Positions 1-9,825 of a stretch of DNA of 64,000 nt are shown in pieces. Within the stretch, counting starts at the first letter, position 1. Each line of letters begins with the position of its first letter. The notes below the pieces were generated by a model. It did not search any database, was not told where the DNA came from, and saw only the letters and a list, made by a program, of their open reading frames with translations. A program made the position numbers and the translations under genes. Origin of the DNA: Acidobacteriota bacterium (lineage in GTDB: Bacteria > Acidobacteriota > Thermoanaerobaculia > Gp7-AA8); assembly GCA_019244185.1 (NCBI GenBank), contig JAFATB010000002.1, forward strand, positions 32,001 through 96,000, written 5' to 3'.

Positions 1-1020
1 CACGACGATCTCCTCGCGGTGCAGCGAAGCGTCGTACGTCTCGCGCAGCGCGCCGGTCTCGCCGCGCGTGGCGTTGACGATGTGGTGATACGCGTCGTAC
101 TTCGACGGCCGCACGAGATCATTGAAGCCGGCGTCGACACCGGCCCAGTCGACGCCCGCGCTGACGCGCTTCGTCGTGACGCGCGCGATGAGAACGCCCG
201 ACGCCGCGACGACATACCGCCCCGGTTCGAGAATCGCCGTGAGGTTGCGCTCGCGCAGCCGCGGTCCGGCGATCCGCGCAAGCGCGGCGCCGTACTCCGC
301 GATCGGGAACTCCGCGTCGCCCGGACGGTACGGCGTGGCGATGCCGCCGCCGAAATTCAGCCAGCGCAGCTCGGGGAAGTCGTCGATCAGCTCCAGGAGG
401 CATTCCGCCGACGCGAGCAGCGGCGCGAGCGAGTCGACGCCGGAGCCGATGTGCGCGTGCAGGCCGACGATCGACGAGCCCGCGTCCTCGAGCAGCATGC
501 GCGCGGTCTCGAGCTCCGCGAGGTCGATCCCGAACTTCACGCTCTCGCCGGCGGTGATGACGTCCGCGTGATGTCCCGCGCCGACGTCGGGATTCACGCG
601 CAGCGCGACCGGATTCGGCAGCCCGAGCTCGACGATCTTGTCGATCTCGGAGACCGAGTTGAGGTTGATGACGATGCGCGGATCGGGCACCGCGCGAAAA
701 TCTTCGAACGACGTGTTCGAACACGTGAACCAGATCGACTCCGGCGCGAAGCCGGCGCGCAGCGCGAGGTGAATCTCGCCCGGCGACACCGCGTCGCAGC
801 CGAAGCCGTGCTCGCGGATCAACCGCAGCAAGGCGAGGTTCGAGTTCGCCTTCATCGCGTAAAAGGGGCGGAAGGGGAGCGCCGCGAACGCGTCGCGCAC
901 GTTCGCGACTTGCTTGCGGATCGATGCGGCCTCGTAGACGTACAGCGGCGTGCCGAAGCGTTCCGCGAGCGCGGGCACGGACACGCCGCCCAGATGAAGG
1001 ATCTCTTGGACGTACTCCAT
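1..1020 (-). CDS. lysA: Diaminopimelate decarboxylase (3' end runs off window)
   Basis: Manual translation from ATG at 1020: [17 protein letters not shown] (PLP lysine), [26 protein letters not shown]. Absent from the ORF track because there is no stop codon in the window. Confidence 0.93.
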   Translation of the reverse strand, partial: MEYVQEILHLGGVSVPALAERFGTPLYVYEAASIRKQVANVRDAFAALPFRPFYAMKANSNLALLRLIREHGFGCDAVSPGEIHLALRAGFAPESIWFTCSNTSFEDFRAVPDPRIVINLNSVSEIDKIVELGLPNPVALRVNPDVGAGHHADVITAGESVKFGIDLAELETARMLLEDAGSSIVGLHAHIGSGVDSLAPLLASAECLLELIDDFPELRWLNFGGGIATPYRPGDAEFPIAEYGAALARIAGPRLRERNLTAILEPGRYVVAASGVLIARVTTKRVSAGVDWAGVDAGFNDLVRPSKYDAYHHIVNATRGETGALRETYDASLHREEIVV

Positions 1021-1047
1021 TGGGGGGCAAAGGGTAACATTGTGCGG

Positions 1048-1842
1048 ATGCAGCCTTACCTCGATCTGATGCAGACGATCCTCGCGCGCGGCACGCGCAA
1101 AACCGATCGCACCGGCACCGGCACGCTGAGCATCTTCGGACACCAGCTGCGCTTCGATCTCGAGGCCGGATTTCCGCTGCTGACGACGAAGAAGCTGCAC
1201 CTCCGTTCGATCATCTACGAGCTGCTGTGGTTCCTCGCCGGTGACACGAACGTGCGCTGGCTCAACGAGAACAAAGTGACGATCTGGGACGAATGGGCGG
1301 ACGCGAACGGCGAGCTCGGTCCCGTCTACGGCTATCAGTGGCGCTCGTGGCCCGCGCCCGACGGACGCCACATCGATCAGATCAGCAACGTCATCGCGGA
1401 GATCCGCCGCAATCCCGACTCGCGGCGCCTGCTCGTCAGCGCGTGGAACGTGGCCGATCTCGACAAGATGGCGCTGCAGCCGTGCCACGCGCTCTTCCAG
1501 TTCTACGTCGCCGACGGACGCCTGTCGTGTCAGCTCTACCAGCGCAGCGCGGACGTCTTTCTCGGCGTGCCGTTCAACATCGCGTCGTATGCGCTGCTGA
1601 CGATGATGGTCGCGCAGGTCTCCGACCTCGCGCCGGGCGAGTTCATTCTCACCCTCGGCGACACGCATCTCTATCTCAACCACCTCGAGCAGGCGCGCGA
1701 GCAGCTCACGCGCGAGCCGCGCCCGCTGCCGTCGATGCGCCTCAATCCCGACGTTCGGTCGCTGTTCGACTTCAAGTTCAGCGACTTCACGCTCGAGCAC
1801 TACGATCCGCATCCGTCGATCAAGGCGCCCATCGCCGTATGA
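1048..1842 (+). CDS. thyA: Thymidylate synthase
   Basis: [53 protein letters not shown], ends KAPIAV. Confidence 0.97.
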   Translation: MQPYLDLMQTILARGTRKTDRTGTGTLSIFGHQLRFDLEAGFPLLTTKKLHLRSIIYELLWFLAGDTNVRWLNENKVTIWDEWADANGELGPVYGYQWRSWPAPDGRHIDQISNVIAEIRRNPDSRRLLVSAWNVADLDKMALQPCHALFQFYVADGRLSCQLYQRSADVFLGVPFNIASYALLTMMVAQVSDLAPGEFILTLGDTHLYLNHLEQAREQLTREPRPLPSMRLNPDVRSLFDFKFSDFTLEHYDPHPSIKAPIAV

Positions 1843-2366
1843 GAGCCGCGATCATCGCCGCGCTCACGACGAACAACGTCATCGGGCGCGACAACGGCCT
1901 CCCGTGGCACCTCGGCACCGATCTGCGCCGCCTCAAGTCGCTGACGCTCGGCCACCACTTCATCATGGGACGCAAGACGTACGAGTCCGTCGGCAAGCCG
2001 CTGCCCGGCCGCACGAACGTCGTCATCACCACGCGCGCCGATTACGCGCCGGAAGGCGTGACCGTCGTGCATTCGCTCGAAGACGCGCTGCGCCTCGCCG
2101 CGGACGCGCGCGATCCCGAGCCGTTCATCGCCGGCGGCGGCGAGATTTTCCGGCTCGCGATCCATCGCGCGCAGCGGATGTACCTCACGCGCATTCACGC
2201 CGAAATCGAAGGCGACGCGTTCTTTCCCGACTTTGACGACGTCAACGAATGGCACCTCGTCGACGCGGAGCACTTCGAGGCGGACGAGAAGAACGACTAT
2301 CCGTTCTCGTTCCTGACGTACGACCGCGCCGGCGCGGCAGGACACGCAATCCCGGAAGAGGGATAA
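1839..2366 (+). CDS. folA: Dihydrofolate reductase
   Basis: [43 protein letters not shown]; ATGA overlap with the thyA stop. Confidence 0.95.
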   Translation: MRAAIIAALTTNNVIGRDNGLPWHLGTDLRRLKSLTLGHHFIMGRKTYESVGKPLPGRTNVVITTRADYAPEGVTVVHSLEDALRLAADARDPEPFIAGGGEIFRLAIHRAQRMYLTRIHAEIEGDAFFPDFDDVNEWHLVDAEHFEADEKNDYPFSFLTYDRAGAAGHAIPEEG

Positions 2367-2421
2367 GGCCAGCGCGGCGGGCGGCGGCGCGCGCACTCGA
2401 CTATGGCATCCTGTCCGCGGC

Positions 2422-3630
2422 TTGCGCGCGTACCTTCGCCTTCTCCGCACGAACCGCGACTTTCGCCTGCTCTACTCCGGCACGCTGATCTCGCTCGGCG
2501 GCGACTGGTTCCTCACGGTCGCGCTCTTCGATCTCGTGCTGCAGCTGACCGGCTCCGCGACGCTCGTGTCGGTCATCCTCCTGCTGCAAACGCTGCCGAT
2601 CTTTCTCGCGACGCCGCACGCGGGCGCGATCGTCGACCGCGTCGACCGCCGCAAGCTGATGATCGCGTGCGATCTCGCGCGCGCGGTCGCGTGTCTTTTG
2701 CCGCTGCTCGCGCGGAGTCCCGCGCTGCTGCCGTTCGCGTACGCGGGCGTGATCGTGATCGCCTTCGGCTCCGCGTATTTCGAGCCGGCGTCGCAGGCGG
2801 CGCTGCCGAACCTCGTCGCGCCGGAGGATCTCGCCACCGCGAACGTGCTCATGGGCTCGACGTGGGGCACGATGCTCGCTGCGGGCGCGGCCATCGGCGG
2901 CGCGGTGACGATGCTCTTCGGCCGCGACGCCTCGTTTCTCGTCGACACGGCGAGCTTTCTCTTCTCCGCGTTTCTCCTCGGCCGCGTGCGCGGCGCGTTC
3001 GCGGAGCCGCGCGAGGCGCATCACGCGCATCCGCCGCTCGGCGAGTCGATCCGCGAGACGCTGTCGTTCGCGCGCGAGCGTCCGCGCATCCTCGCGCTGC
3101 TGACGGTCAAGGGCGGCTACGGCCTCGGCGCGGGCGTCGTGGCGATGCTGAGCGTATTCGGTCGCGAGGTCTTCCGCGCCGGCGCGCTCGGCATCGGCCT
3201 GCTCTTCGCCGCGCGCGGCGTCGGCGCGCTGGTCGGACCGTTTCTCCTGCGCGCGCTCGCGGAACGCGACGACGCGCGTTACCGGGCGATTGCTTATTGC
3301 GTGCTCCTCTTCGGCGCCGGCTACGCGTCGCTCGCGCTGTCGCATTCGCTCGTCACCGGGCTCCTCTCGATCTTCGCCGCGCACCTCGGCGGCGGCGCGG
3401 CGTGGCAGCTGTCGACGTACGGCCTGCAGCGCGAGGTGCCGGACTTCATCCGCGGCCGCGTCTTCTCCGCCGACTACGGCTTCGTGACGCTGACGATGGC
3501 GCTGTCGGGACTCGGCGTCGGCATCGCCTCCGATCACATCGGCCCGACGCGCGCGACGCTCTCCGCCGCGACGGTCTGTCTCGCCTTCGCGCTGACGTGG
3601 GGCTTCTCGACGCGGCGCTGCTGGCGTTAA
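2422..3630 (+). CDS. MFS transporter
   Basis: About 12 hydrophobic segments; GAIVDRVDRRKLM (MFS motif A); RGRVFS. Confidence 0.88.
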   Translation: MRAYLRLLRTNRDFRLLYSGTLISLGGDWFLTVALFDLVLQLTGSATLVSVILLLQTLPIFLATPHAGAIVDRVDRRKLMIACDLARAVACLLPLLARSPALLPFAYAGVIVIAFGSAYFEPASQAALPNLVAPEDLATANVLMGSTWGTMLAAGAAIGGAVTMLFGRDASFLVDTASFLFSAFLLGRVRGAFAEPREAHHAHPPLGESIRETLSFARERPRILALLTVKGGYGLGAGVVAMLSVFGREVFRAGALGIGLLFAARGVGALVGPFLLRALAERDDARYRAIAYCVLLFGAGYASLALSHSLVTGLLSIFAAHLGGGAAWQLSTYGLQREVPDFIRGRVFSADYGFVTLTMALSGLGVGIASDHIGPTRATLSAATVCLAFALTWGFSTRRCWR

Positions 3631-3672
3631 CGCTTCGCGCCACGTGCGCCTCTTTCTTCGCGGAGGCATCGC

Positions 3673-4176
3673 ATGCAACTACTGCTGACCATCGTTCTCC
3701 TCGCCAGTCCGTACATCGGCTGGCTCACCACCGCTACGGAGCCCGGCACGCCGCTCGTCGTCCACGGCCGCGTCTTCGCGCCGGACGGAAAATCGCCCGC
3801 CGCCGGCGTCACGATTTACGCGTACCAGACCGACGCGCGCGGCCTCTATCACGCGCCCGGCGCGAAAGAGCCGCGGCTGCGCGCGACGTGCATCACCGAC
3901 GCGCAGGGTCGCTTCGAGCTGCGCACGATCCGCCCCGGCGCGTATCCGGGCCGCGACATCCCCGCGCACATTCACCTGCAGGCATGGGGCGGCGGCTATC
4001 CGAAACAGTGGCTGAACGAAGTGCAGTTCGACGATGATGCGCACGTCACCGCGGCGATGCGCGCGGAGTCGCGTGCGCGCGGCGCGTTCGCGAACGTGAT
4101 CGCGACGACGCGCGACGCGAACGGCGTGCTCCATGCGACGATCAACCTGCTCTTGAGGACGACATCGAACTTGTGA
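3673..4176 (+). CDS. Intradiol ring-cleavage dioxygenase-like protein with N-terminal signal/hydrophobic segment
   Basis: GTPLVVHGRV, YQTDARGLY, TDAQGRFELRTIRPGAYPG, PAHIH. Confidence 0.75.
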   Translation: MQLLLTIVLLASPYIGWLTTATEPGTPLVVHGRVFAPDGKSPAAGVTIYAYQTDARGLYHAPGAKEPRLRATCITDAQGRFELRTIRPGAYPGRDIPAHIHLQAWGGGYPKQWLNEVQFDDDAHVTAAMRAESRARGAFANVIATTRDANGVLHATINLLLRTTSNL

Positions 4177-4685
4177 CCGACGACGCACCACTGGTCCGCG
4201 CGGCGCGCGAAGGCGACCGCGGCGCATTCGGCGAGCTCTACGCCCGCTACGCGCCGATGGTGCACGCCGTCGCGCTCGCGCGCGTGGCATCGCCCGCCGA
4301 CGCCGACGACGTCGTGCAGGACGTCTTCCTCACCGCGTTCGCGAAACTGCGCGGACTGCGCGAGGCGGAGGCGTTCGGCGGCTGGCTGGCCACGATCGCG
4401 CGCAACCGCGCGAACGGCTGGCGGCGCAAAACGGTGGATGCAGTGGAGCTCACGGACACGACCAGCGTCGCCTCGACGCAGGAAGACGAGCGCGCGGCGC
4501 GGCACGCGCTGGCGACGATCCGCGCGCTGCCCGATGCGTATCGCGAGACGCTGCTCATGCGGCTCGTCGAAGGGATGACCGGTCCCGAGATCGCGGCGCG
4601 CACGGGGCTCACGCCCGATTCCGTGCGCGTCAACCTGCATCGCGGCATGCGGCTGCTGCGCGAAGCGTTGGAGGGTTCCGCATGA
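4173..4685 (+). CDS. ECF-type RNA polymerase sigma factor
   Basis: AFGELY, DDVVQDVFL, FGGWLATIARN, LPDAYRE, EIAARTG, VRVNLHRG. Confidence 0.92.
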   Translation: MTDDAPLVRAAREGDRGAFGELYARYAPMVHAVALARVASPADADDVVQDVFLTAFAKLRGLREAEAFGGWLATIARNRANGWRRKTVDAVELTDTTSVASTQEDERAARHALATIRALPDAYRETLLMRLVEGMTGPEIAARTGLTPDSVRVNLHRGMRLLREALEGSA

Positions 4686-5689
4686 ACGACGACGATCGCT
4701 ATCTGTGGGATCGCAGCGGCACGCCTGACGCCGAAACCGCGCGCCTCGAACGCGTGCTGCGCCGCTACCGCCACGACAAACCACTCGCGACGAAAGCGCC
4801 GCGCAACCCGCGCTCGCGCCGCATGCTCTGGCTCGCCGCCGCGGCCGTACTGATCTGCGTCCTCACCGCGGCAGTCATCGCGTTTTACTTCCGGCGCCTC
4901 GACTGGCCGTCCGACGGACGCTGGCAGGTGGCGGCGATCGACGGCAAGCCGCGCATCAACGGACGCGTCGCGAAAGCGCGCGACACGATCGGCGTCGCCG
5001 ACACGATCGCCACCGACGCGAAGTCGTCGATGACCGTACACGTCGCGCGCATCGGCGAGCTGCACGTCAAGCCCGACAGCGTAATCACGCTCGACGAAAC
5101 GCGCGCCGGCACGCACCGCATCTGGCTCGAGCGCGGCACGGTCGACGCGCGCGTCTGGGCGCCGCCGTTCACGTTCGGCGTGCGGACGTCGTCGGGCCTG
5201 GCCAGCGACGTCGGCTGCGCGTTTCAGCTGCACTACGACGGCTCGTCCGGCCTCGTGCGCGTCGTCTCCGGCTGGGTCGACTTCGACGGACCGAAACGCT
5301 CCGCGCTCATCCCCGAAGGCGCGCAGGCCGATCTCACGGCCAGCCTCGGCCCCGGCACGCCGTACTACAGCGACGCCTCGCGCGAGTTCCGTCTCGCGCT
5401 GCACGCGTTCGACTTCAATCACGACGCGGGGCTGCTGCGCCTCGTGCTGCAGTACGCGAAGCCGCGCGACGCGATGTCGCTGCTCGCGCTGCTCGACCAG
5501 AAAGACATCCGCGGCCGCGGCGAGATCTACGACCGCCTCGCCACGCTGACGAATCCGCCGGAGGGCGTCACGCGCGAAGGCATCATCGCCGGCAACTCCG
5601 CGATGGTCGACACCTGGCGCCGCTCCCTCGGCCTCGGCAACGTCAAACGCTGGTGGCTGCAGTGGCGCGACGCGCTGCCGCATCGCTGA
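4682..5689 (+). CDS. FecR-domain membrane anti-sigma factor
   Basis: YLWDRSG N-terminus, one TM segment, FecR-like LERGTVDARV...VRTSSGLASDVGCAF...VRVVSGWV; ATGA overlap with the sigma gene. Confidence 0.75.
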   Translation: MNDDDRYLWDRSGTPDAETARLERVLRRYRHDKPLATKAPRNPRSRRMLWLAAAAVLICVLTAAVIAFYFRRLDWPSDGRWQVAAIDGKPRINGRVAKARDTIGVADTIATDAKSSMTVHVARIGELHVKPDSVITLDETRAGTHRIWLERGTVDARVWAPPFTFGVRTSSGLASDVGCAFQLHYDGSSGLVRVVSGWVDFDGPKRSALIPEGAQADLTASLGPGTPYYSDASREFRLALHAFDFNHDAGLLRLVLQYAKPRDAMSLLALLDQKDIRGRGEIYDRLATLTNPPEGVTREGIIAGNSAMVDTWRRSLGLGNVKRWWLQWRDALPHR

Positions 5690-5703
5690 CGCCGCGCGGA
5701 CGT

Positions 5704-6384
5704 TCATTCCGCGATGCGCCGTCGCTGCCGGCCGCGCGACGTGCCGATCCACGCGCTGATCGGGCCGAGGATGAAGTACGTCCAGCCGGCCCACGCGACG
5801 TGTCGCGGCGGCGCGACGAGCGCGATGAGAACGGATAGCATCGCCACGCCGACATACCCGGCGTACATGACGATCGACGTGCGCGTGTCGTGCGCCTCGG
5901 CCGCGCTCAGCGCGAGCTCGTCGCGGCGCTGCAGCGCGTGCAGGTAGAGCAACACCAGCAGCGCGAAGATGCCGGCGAAGCCGAGGCCGTAGATCACGAA
6001 GAGCGCGACGGCATCGCCCGTGCCGGGATCGATCGAGCCGGTGACGACGCTGAAGATGAACTTCAGCGGATAGACGTAGAACAACACGAGGAACAGCAGC
6101 AGCGTGTTGAGCAGGATCGTCCGCTCGTCCGTCATCGCATAGCGGCGGAAGAACGTGTGGTGGGCGTGCCAGATCCACATCAGGATCGCGAAACAGATCG
6201 CGAAGCCGGGAAAGCCGCGCAGCAAGTGCATCAGCTCCGCGAACGTCTTCGGCACTTCCAGCGAGACCACGATCAGCGTGAGCGCGAACCCGAACACGAC
6301 GTCGCTGAACGCCTCGATGCGTGTGACCTCGTGCGCGCGGTGGCGGAATGCGGCAGGCTGCATGCGAGCAATCTGCGCCGTCAT
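5704..6384 (-). CDS. TMEM175 (DUF1211) family potassium channel-like protein
   Basis: RIEAFSDVVFGFALTL signature, W.AHH.FF motif, about 6 TM segments; start uncertain (6363 or 6384). Confidence 0.85.
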   Translation of the reverse strand: MTAQIARMQPAAFRHRAHEVTRIEAFSDVVFGFALTLIVVSLEVPKTFAELMHLLRGFPGFAICFAILMWIWHAHHTFFRRYAMTDERTILLNTLLLFLVLFYVYPLKFIFSVVTGSIDPGTGDAVALFVIYGLGFAGIFALLVLLYLHALQRRDELALSAAEAHDTRTSIVMYAGYVGVAMLSVLIALVAPPRHVAWAGWTYFILGPISAWIGTSRGRQRRRIAE

Positions 6385-6424
6385 GCGCGGCGCGGCCACT
6401 GACGTTTGTCAGGAGACCGCCGCG

Positions 6425-7495
6425 CTACGGCAGAAAGTGCGCCGCGAGCTGCTGCGCGTCCTTCTCGCCGATGCGCGCGAACGAGAGATTGCCGAGGATC
6501 ACCACGCCGATGTTTTCGCGCGGATAGACCAGCACGAACGCGCGTCCGCCGACGGCGTCGCCGCCGTGATGCACGTACGCGCGGCCGCGGTCGTCCGTCG
6601 CGAGACGCCACGCCAGTCCGACGTTCGTCTCCTTGCCCGCCGACGTTTTGCCCGACGTGAAGAGGAGCGTGCGCGTCGCCGGCGGCAACGCGAGCACGCC
6701 GCTCACGAACCGCGCGAGATCGCCGGCGGTCGACAGATACGCACCCGACGGAATGCGATCGCTCAGATCGACGGCCGGCGACTCCGAGAGCGCGCCCTTG
6801 TCGTCGCGGTCGTAGAACTTCACGACGCGCGCGTTCGCGGGCGGCTCGCGGAACGTGTGGCGCATGCCGAACGGCCGCAGCACTTCGCGCGCGAGCAGCT
6901 CGTCGAACGGCGTCTTCGTCGCGCGTTCCAGCGCGGCGCCGAGGAGGTTGTAGCCGTAGCTCGAGTACGTGTATTTCTCGCCGGGCGCGGCGACGAGCGG
7001 GTCGTTGATGAACTTGGGCAGCGCCGCGGATACGCCGTCGTAGTGCTGCGTGTTCATGTAATCCGAACGGCCGTAGTGGCGGATGCCGGAGAGATGCTGC
7101 GCGAGCTGCCCGAGGGTGATGTTCGCGTTGGTGAGCTCGGGCACGTAGCGGCTTGCGGGATCGTCGAGATGCACGACGCCGCGCGCGACGAGCTTCGCGA
7201 AGAGCGTGGCTGTCAGGAGTTTCGTCACGCTGCCGATGCGAAAGTCGGTGTCGATCGTTACCGGCGCATTCGTCGCGATGTCGGCGGCGCCGATCGCATC
7301 CGACCAGACCATCCGCTTGCCGCGTACGACGGCGATCGCGAGACCCGGCGCGTGGCTGTTCGCCGCGAGCTGCACCCCGTCCTGATGCGCCGCGGCGGCG
7401 GACGTCGCGGGAACCGCCGCGGTGGCGCAGTGTTGCATGCAGACGATGAGCGCGAGTGCGAGGGCAGGGATCGACCGTCGTGTCGAGTTCAGCAC
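6425..7495 (-). CDS. Secreted serine hydrolase, beta-lactamase class C/PBP-like family
   Basis: Signal peptide; FRIGSVTK (SxxK); LAQHLSGI; PGEKYTYSSYGY; HHGG. Confidence 0.88.
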   Translation of the reverse strand: MLNSTRRSIPALALALIVCMQHCATAAVPATSAAAAHQDGVQLAANSHAPGLAIAVVRGKRMVWSDAIGAADIATNAPVTIDTDFRIGSVTKLLTATLFAKLVARGVVHLDDPASRYVPELTNANITLGQLAQHLSGIRHYGRSDYMNTQHYDGVSAALPKFINDPLVAAPGEKYTYSSYGYNLLGAALERATKTPFDELLAREVLRPFGMRHTFREPPANARVVKFYDRDDKGALSESPAVDLSDRIPSGAYLSTAGDLARFVSGVLALPPATRTLLFTSGKTSAGKETNVGLAWRLATDDRGRAYVHHGGDAVGGRAFVLVYPRENIGVVILGNLSFARIGEKDAQQLAAHFLP

Positions 7496-7533
7496 GCAGC
7501 TGATTACGCAGGAGACGCCGCGCGCGTTGCGGT

Positions 7534-7561
7534 TTGTCAGAAATCCGCTTTCGGATAAAGT
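7534..7561 (+). promoter_or_regulatory. Candidate sigma70 promoter of the gamma-CA/aspS/aroB operon
   Basis: TTGTCA (7534-39)-N16-TAAAGT (7556-61), 8 nt before ATG 7570. Confidence 0.5.
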
Positions 7562-7569
7562 CGCGCGCC

Positions 7570-8082
7570 ATGATTCTGAGACCGCACGGCGGCAAGCAGC
7601 CGCGCCTCGGCGAGCGCGTGTTCGTCGCGGAAACCGCGGCCGTCATCGGCGACGTCGAGATCGGCAACGACTGCTCGATCTGGTACGGCACCGTGCTGCG
7701 CGGCGACGTGCACTTCATCCACATCGGCTCGCGCACGAACATCCAGGACAACACCGTGCTCCACGTGACGACGAACGAGTGGCCGACGATCATCGCCGAG
7801 GAAGTGACGATCGGGCATGGAGCGATCGTGCATGGATGTACCGTGCGGCGAGGCGCGCTGATCGGAATGGGCTCGCGCGTGCTCGACGGCGCGGTCGTCG
7901 GAGAATCCGCGCTCGTCGGCGCCGGCGCGCTCGTGCCGCCGGGCATGCACGTGCCGCCGCGCACGCTCGTCGTCGGCGTCCCCGCGCGCGTCGTCCGTCC
8001 GCTGAAGGACGACGAGCTCGAACATCTCGAAGCATCGTGGAAGCATTACGTCGACATCAAGGAAAGCTACCTCGCACAATGA
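7570..8082 (+). CDS. Gamma-carbonic anhydrase family (YrdA-like) hexapeptide-repeat protein
   Basis: VIGDVEIG, SIWYGTVLRGD, NIQDNTVLH, TIGHGAIVHGC. Confidence 0.92.
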   Translation: MILRPHGGKQPRLGERVFVAETAAVIGDVEIGNDCSIWYGTVLRGDVHFIHIGSRTNIQDNTVLHVTTNEWPTIIAEEVTIGHGAIVHGCTVRRGALIGMGSRVLDGAVVGESALVGAGALVPPGMHVPPRTLVVGVPARVVRPLKDDELEHLEASWKHYVDIKESYLAQ

Positions 8083-9821
8083 CTCGCGTTTTCGCCGGAT
8101 CTCTTCGCAAGGACCACGTCGGTCAAACCGTTACGCTCAACGGCTGGGTGCAGAAGCGCCGCGACTTCGGTGAGCTGATCTTCATCGATCTCCGCGACCG
8201 CGGCGGCATCTGCCAGGTCGTCGTCGACCGCGAGCGAGGCGCGTCCGCCGACGTCGTCGCCGCGGCGAAGGAACTGCGCGGCGAATTCGTCGTGCGCATC
8301 GAAGGCGAGGTCTTCGAGCGCGCGGACGCGCAGAAGAACGCCAAGCTGCCGACCGGCGACGTCGAAGTCGTCGCGAAGGTCGTGACCATTCTCAACCGCG
8401 CCGACACGCCGCCGTTCGCGATCGAAGACGACACCGACGCCGCCGAAGAGCTGCGCCTGCAGTATCGCTATCTCGATCTGCGCCGGCCGTCGCTCGCGGG
8501 CAATCTCGTGCTGCGCTCGAAGATGCTCACCGCGACGCGCAACTATTTCGACGGCCTCGGATTCATCGAAGTCGAGACGCCGATCCTCACGAAGTCGACG
8601 CCCGAAGGCGCGCGCGACTACCTCGTGCCGAGCCGCGTGCACAAGGGCGAGTTCTACGCGCTGCCGCAGTCGCCGCAGATCTTCAAGCAGCTCTGCATGG
8701 TCGCGGGACTCGAGCGCTACTTCCAGATCGCGCGCTGCTTCCGCGACGAAGACCTGCGCCGCGACCGCCAGCCGGAGTTCACGCAGATCGACGTCGAGTG
8801 CTCGTTCATCGACGAAGAGTTCATCTATGCGCTGATGGAGGGACTGTTCGAGAAGATCTTCCCGCTCGCCGGCATCGCCGTGACGACGCCGTTCCCGCGC
8901 ATGACGTGGCAGGAGGCGATGGACCGCTTCGGCATCGACCGCCCCGACACGCGCTTCGGCATGGAGCTCGTCGACATCACCGATGCCGCGAAGACGACCA
9001 GTTTCGAGCCGTTCAAAGCCGCGGCGACCGTGCGCGCGATCGTGGTGCCGGGCGGCGCGTCGTTCTCGCGCAAGCGCATCGACGAGCTGACGGAAGACGC
9101 GAAGAAGCTCGGCGCGAGCGGCCTGGTGTGGATCAAGTTCGACGCGCAGCGCGGCTCGTCGATCAAGAAGTTCCTCGACGACGCGGCGTTCGACGCGCTG
9201 CGCGCCGCGTTGCATGCGAACGAGAACGATCTCGCGCTCGTCGTCGCCGGGAAGCAGACCGTCGTGTGGGACGTGCTCGCGAATCTGCGGCTGCGCGTCG
9301 CGCGTGACGAGAAGCTGATCCCCGACGATCGCTGGGACTTCCTCTGGGTCACCGACTTTCCGCTGTACGAATGGGACGACGAGTCGCAGCGCTTTTTCGC
9401 GCGACACCATCCGTTCACCTCGCCGCGTCCCGAGCACCTCGAGCTCCTCGACAGCGATCCCGGCGCGGTGCTCGCGCGCGCGTACGACGTCGTGCTCAAC
9501 GGCATCGAACTCGGCGGCGGTTCGATCCGCATCAATCAGCCCGACGTTCAGCAGCGGATGTTTCAGGCTCTCGGCATCAGCGCCGAGGATGCGCAGGCGC
9601 GGTTCGGCTTCCTCATCGACGCGTTCCGCTACGGTGCGCCACCGCACGGCGGCATCGCGCTCGGCGTCGATCGGCTGGCGATGCTCATGTCGCGTTCCGA
9701 GTCGCTGCGCGACGTGATCGCGTTCCCGAAGACCGCGCGCGCGCAGGACCTCATGTGCGCGGCGCCGTCGGACGTCGACGCGAAGCAGCTCGACGAGTTG
9801 GGGATCGCGCTGAAGCGATGA
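8079..9821 (+). CDS. aspS: Aspartate--tRNA ligase
   Basis: GWVQKRRD, FIDLRDR, YRYLDLRR, TPEGARDYLVPSR, ALPQSPQ, CFRDEDLR, GAPPHGGIALG. Confidence 0.97.
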   Translation: MTRVFAGSLRKDHVGQTVTLNGWVQKRRDFGELIFIDLRDRGGICQVVVDRERGASADVVAAAKELRGEFVVRIEGEVFERADAQKNAKLPTGDVEVVAKVVTILNRADTPPFAIEDDTDAAEELRLQYRYLDLRRPSLAGNLVLRSKMLTATRNYFDGLGFIEVETPILTKSTPEGARDYLVPSRVHKGEFYALPQSPQIFKQLCMVAGLERYFQIARCFRDEDLRRDRQPEFTQIDVECSFIDEEFIYALMEGLFEKIFPLAGIAVTTPFPRMTWQEAMDRFGIDRPDTRFGMELVDITDAAKTTSFEPFKAAATVRAIVVPGGASFSRKRIDELTEDAKKLGASGLVWIKFDAQRGSSIKKFLDDAAFDALRAALHANENDLALVVAGKQTVVWDVLANLRLRVARDEKLIPDDRWDFLWVTDFPLYEWDDESQRFFARHHPFTSPRPEHLELLDSDPGAVLARAYDVVLNGIELGGGSIRINQPDVQQRMFQALGISAEDAQARFGFLIDAFRYGAPPHGGIALGVDRLAMLMSRSESLRDVIAFPKTARAQDLMCAAPSDVDAKQLDELGIALKR

Positions 9822-9825
9822 CGCG

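Noticed and set aside
19-1047. Apparent 343-aa N-terminal extension on ThyA in the ORF track
   Set aside because: It is the antisense shadow of lysA; ThyA starts at 1048.
1048-2366. Possible ThyA-DHFR fusion or mobile trimethoprim-resistance cassette
   Set aside because: Two separate frames with an ordinary ATGA overlap, host-like codons, and no mobile-element context.
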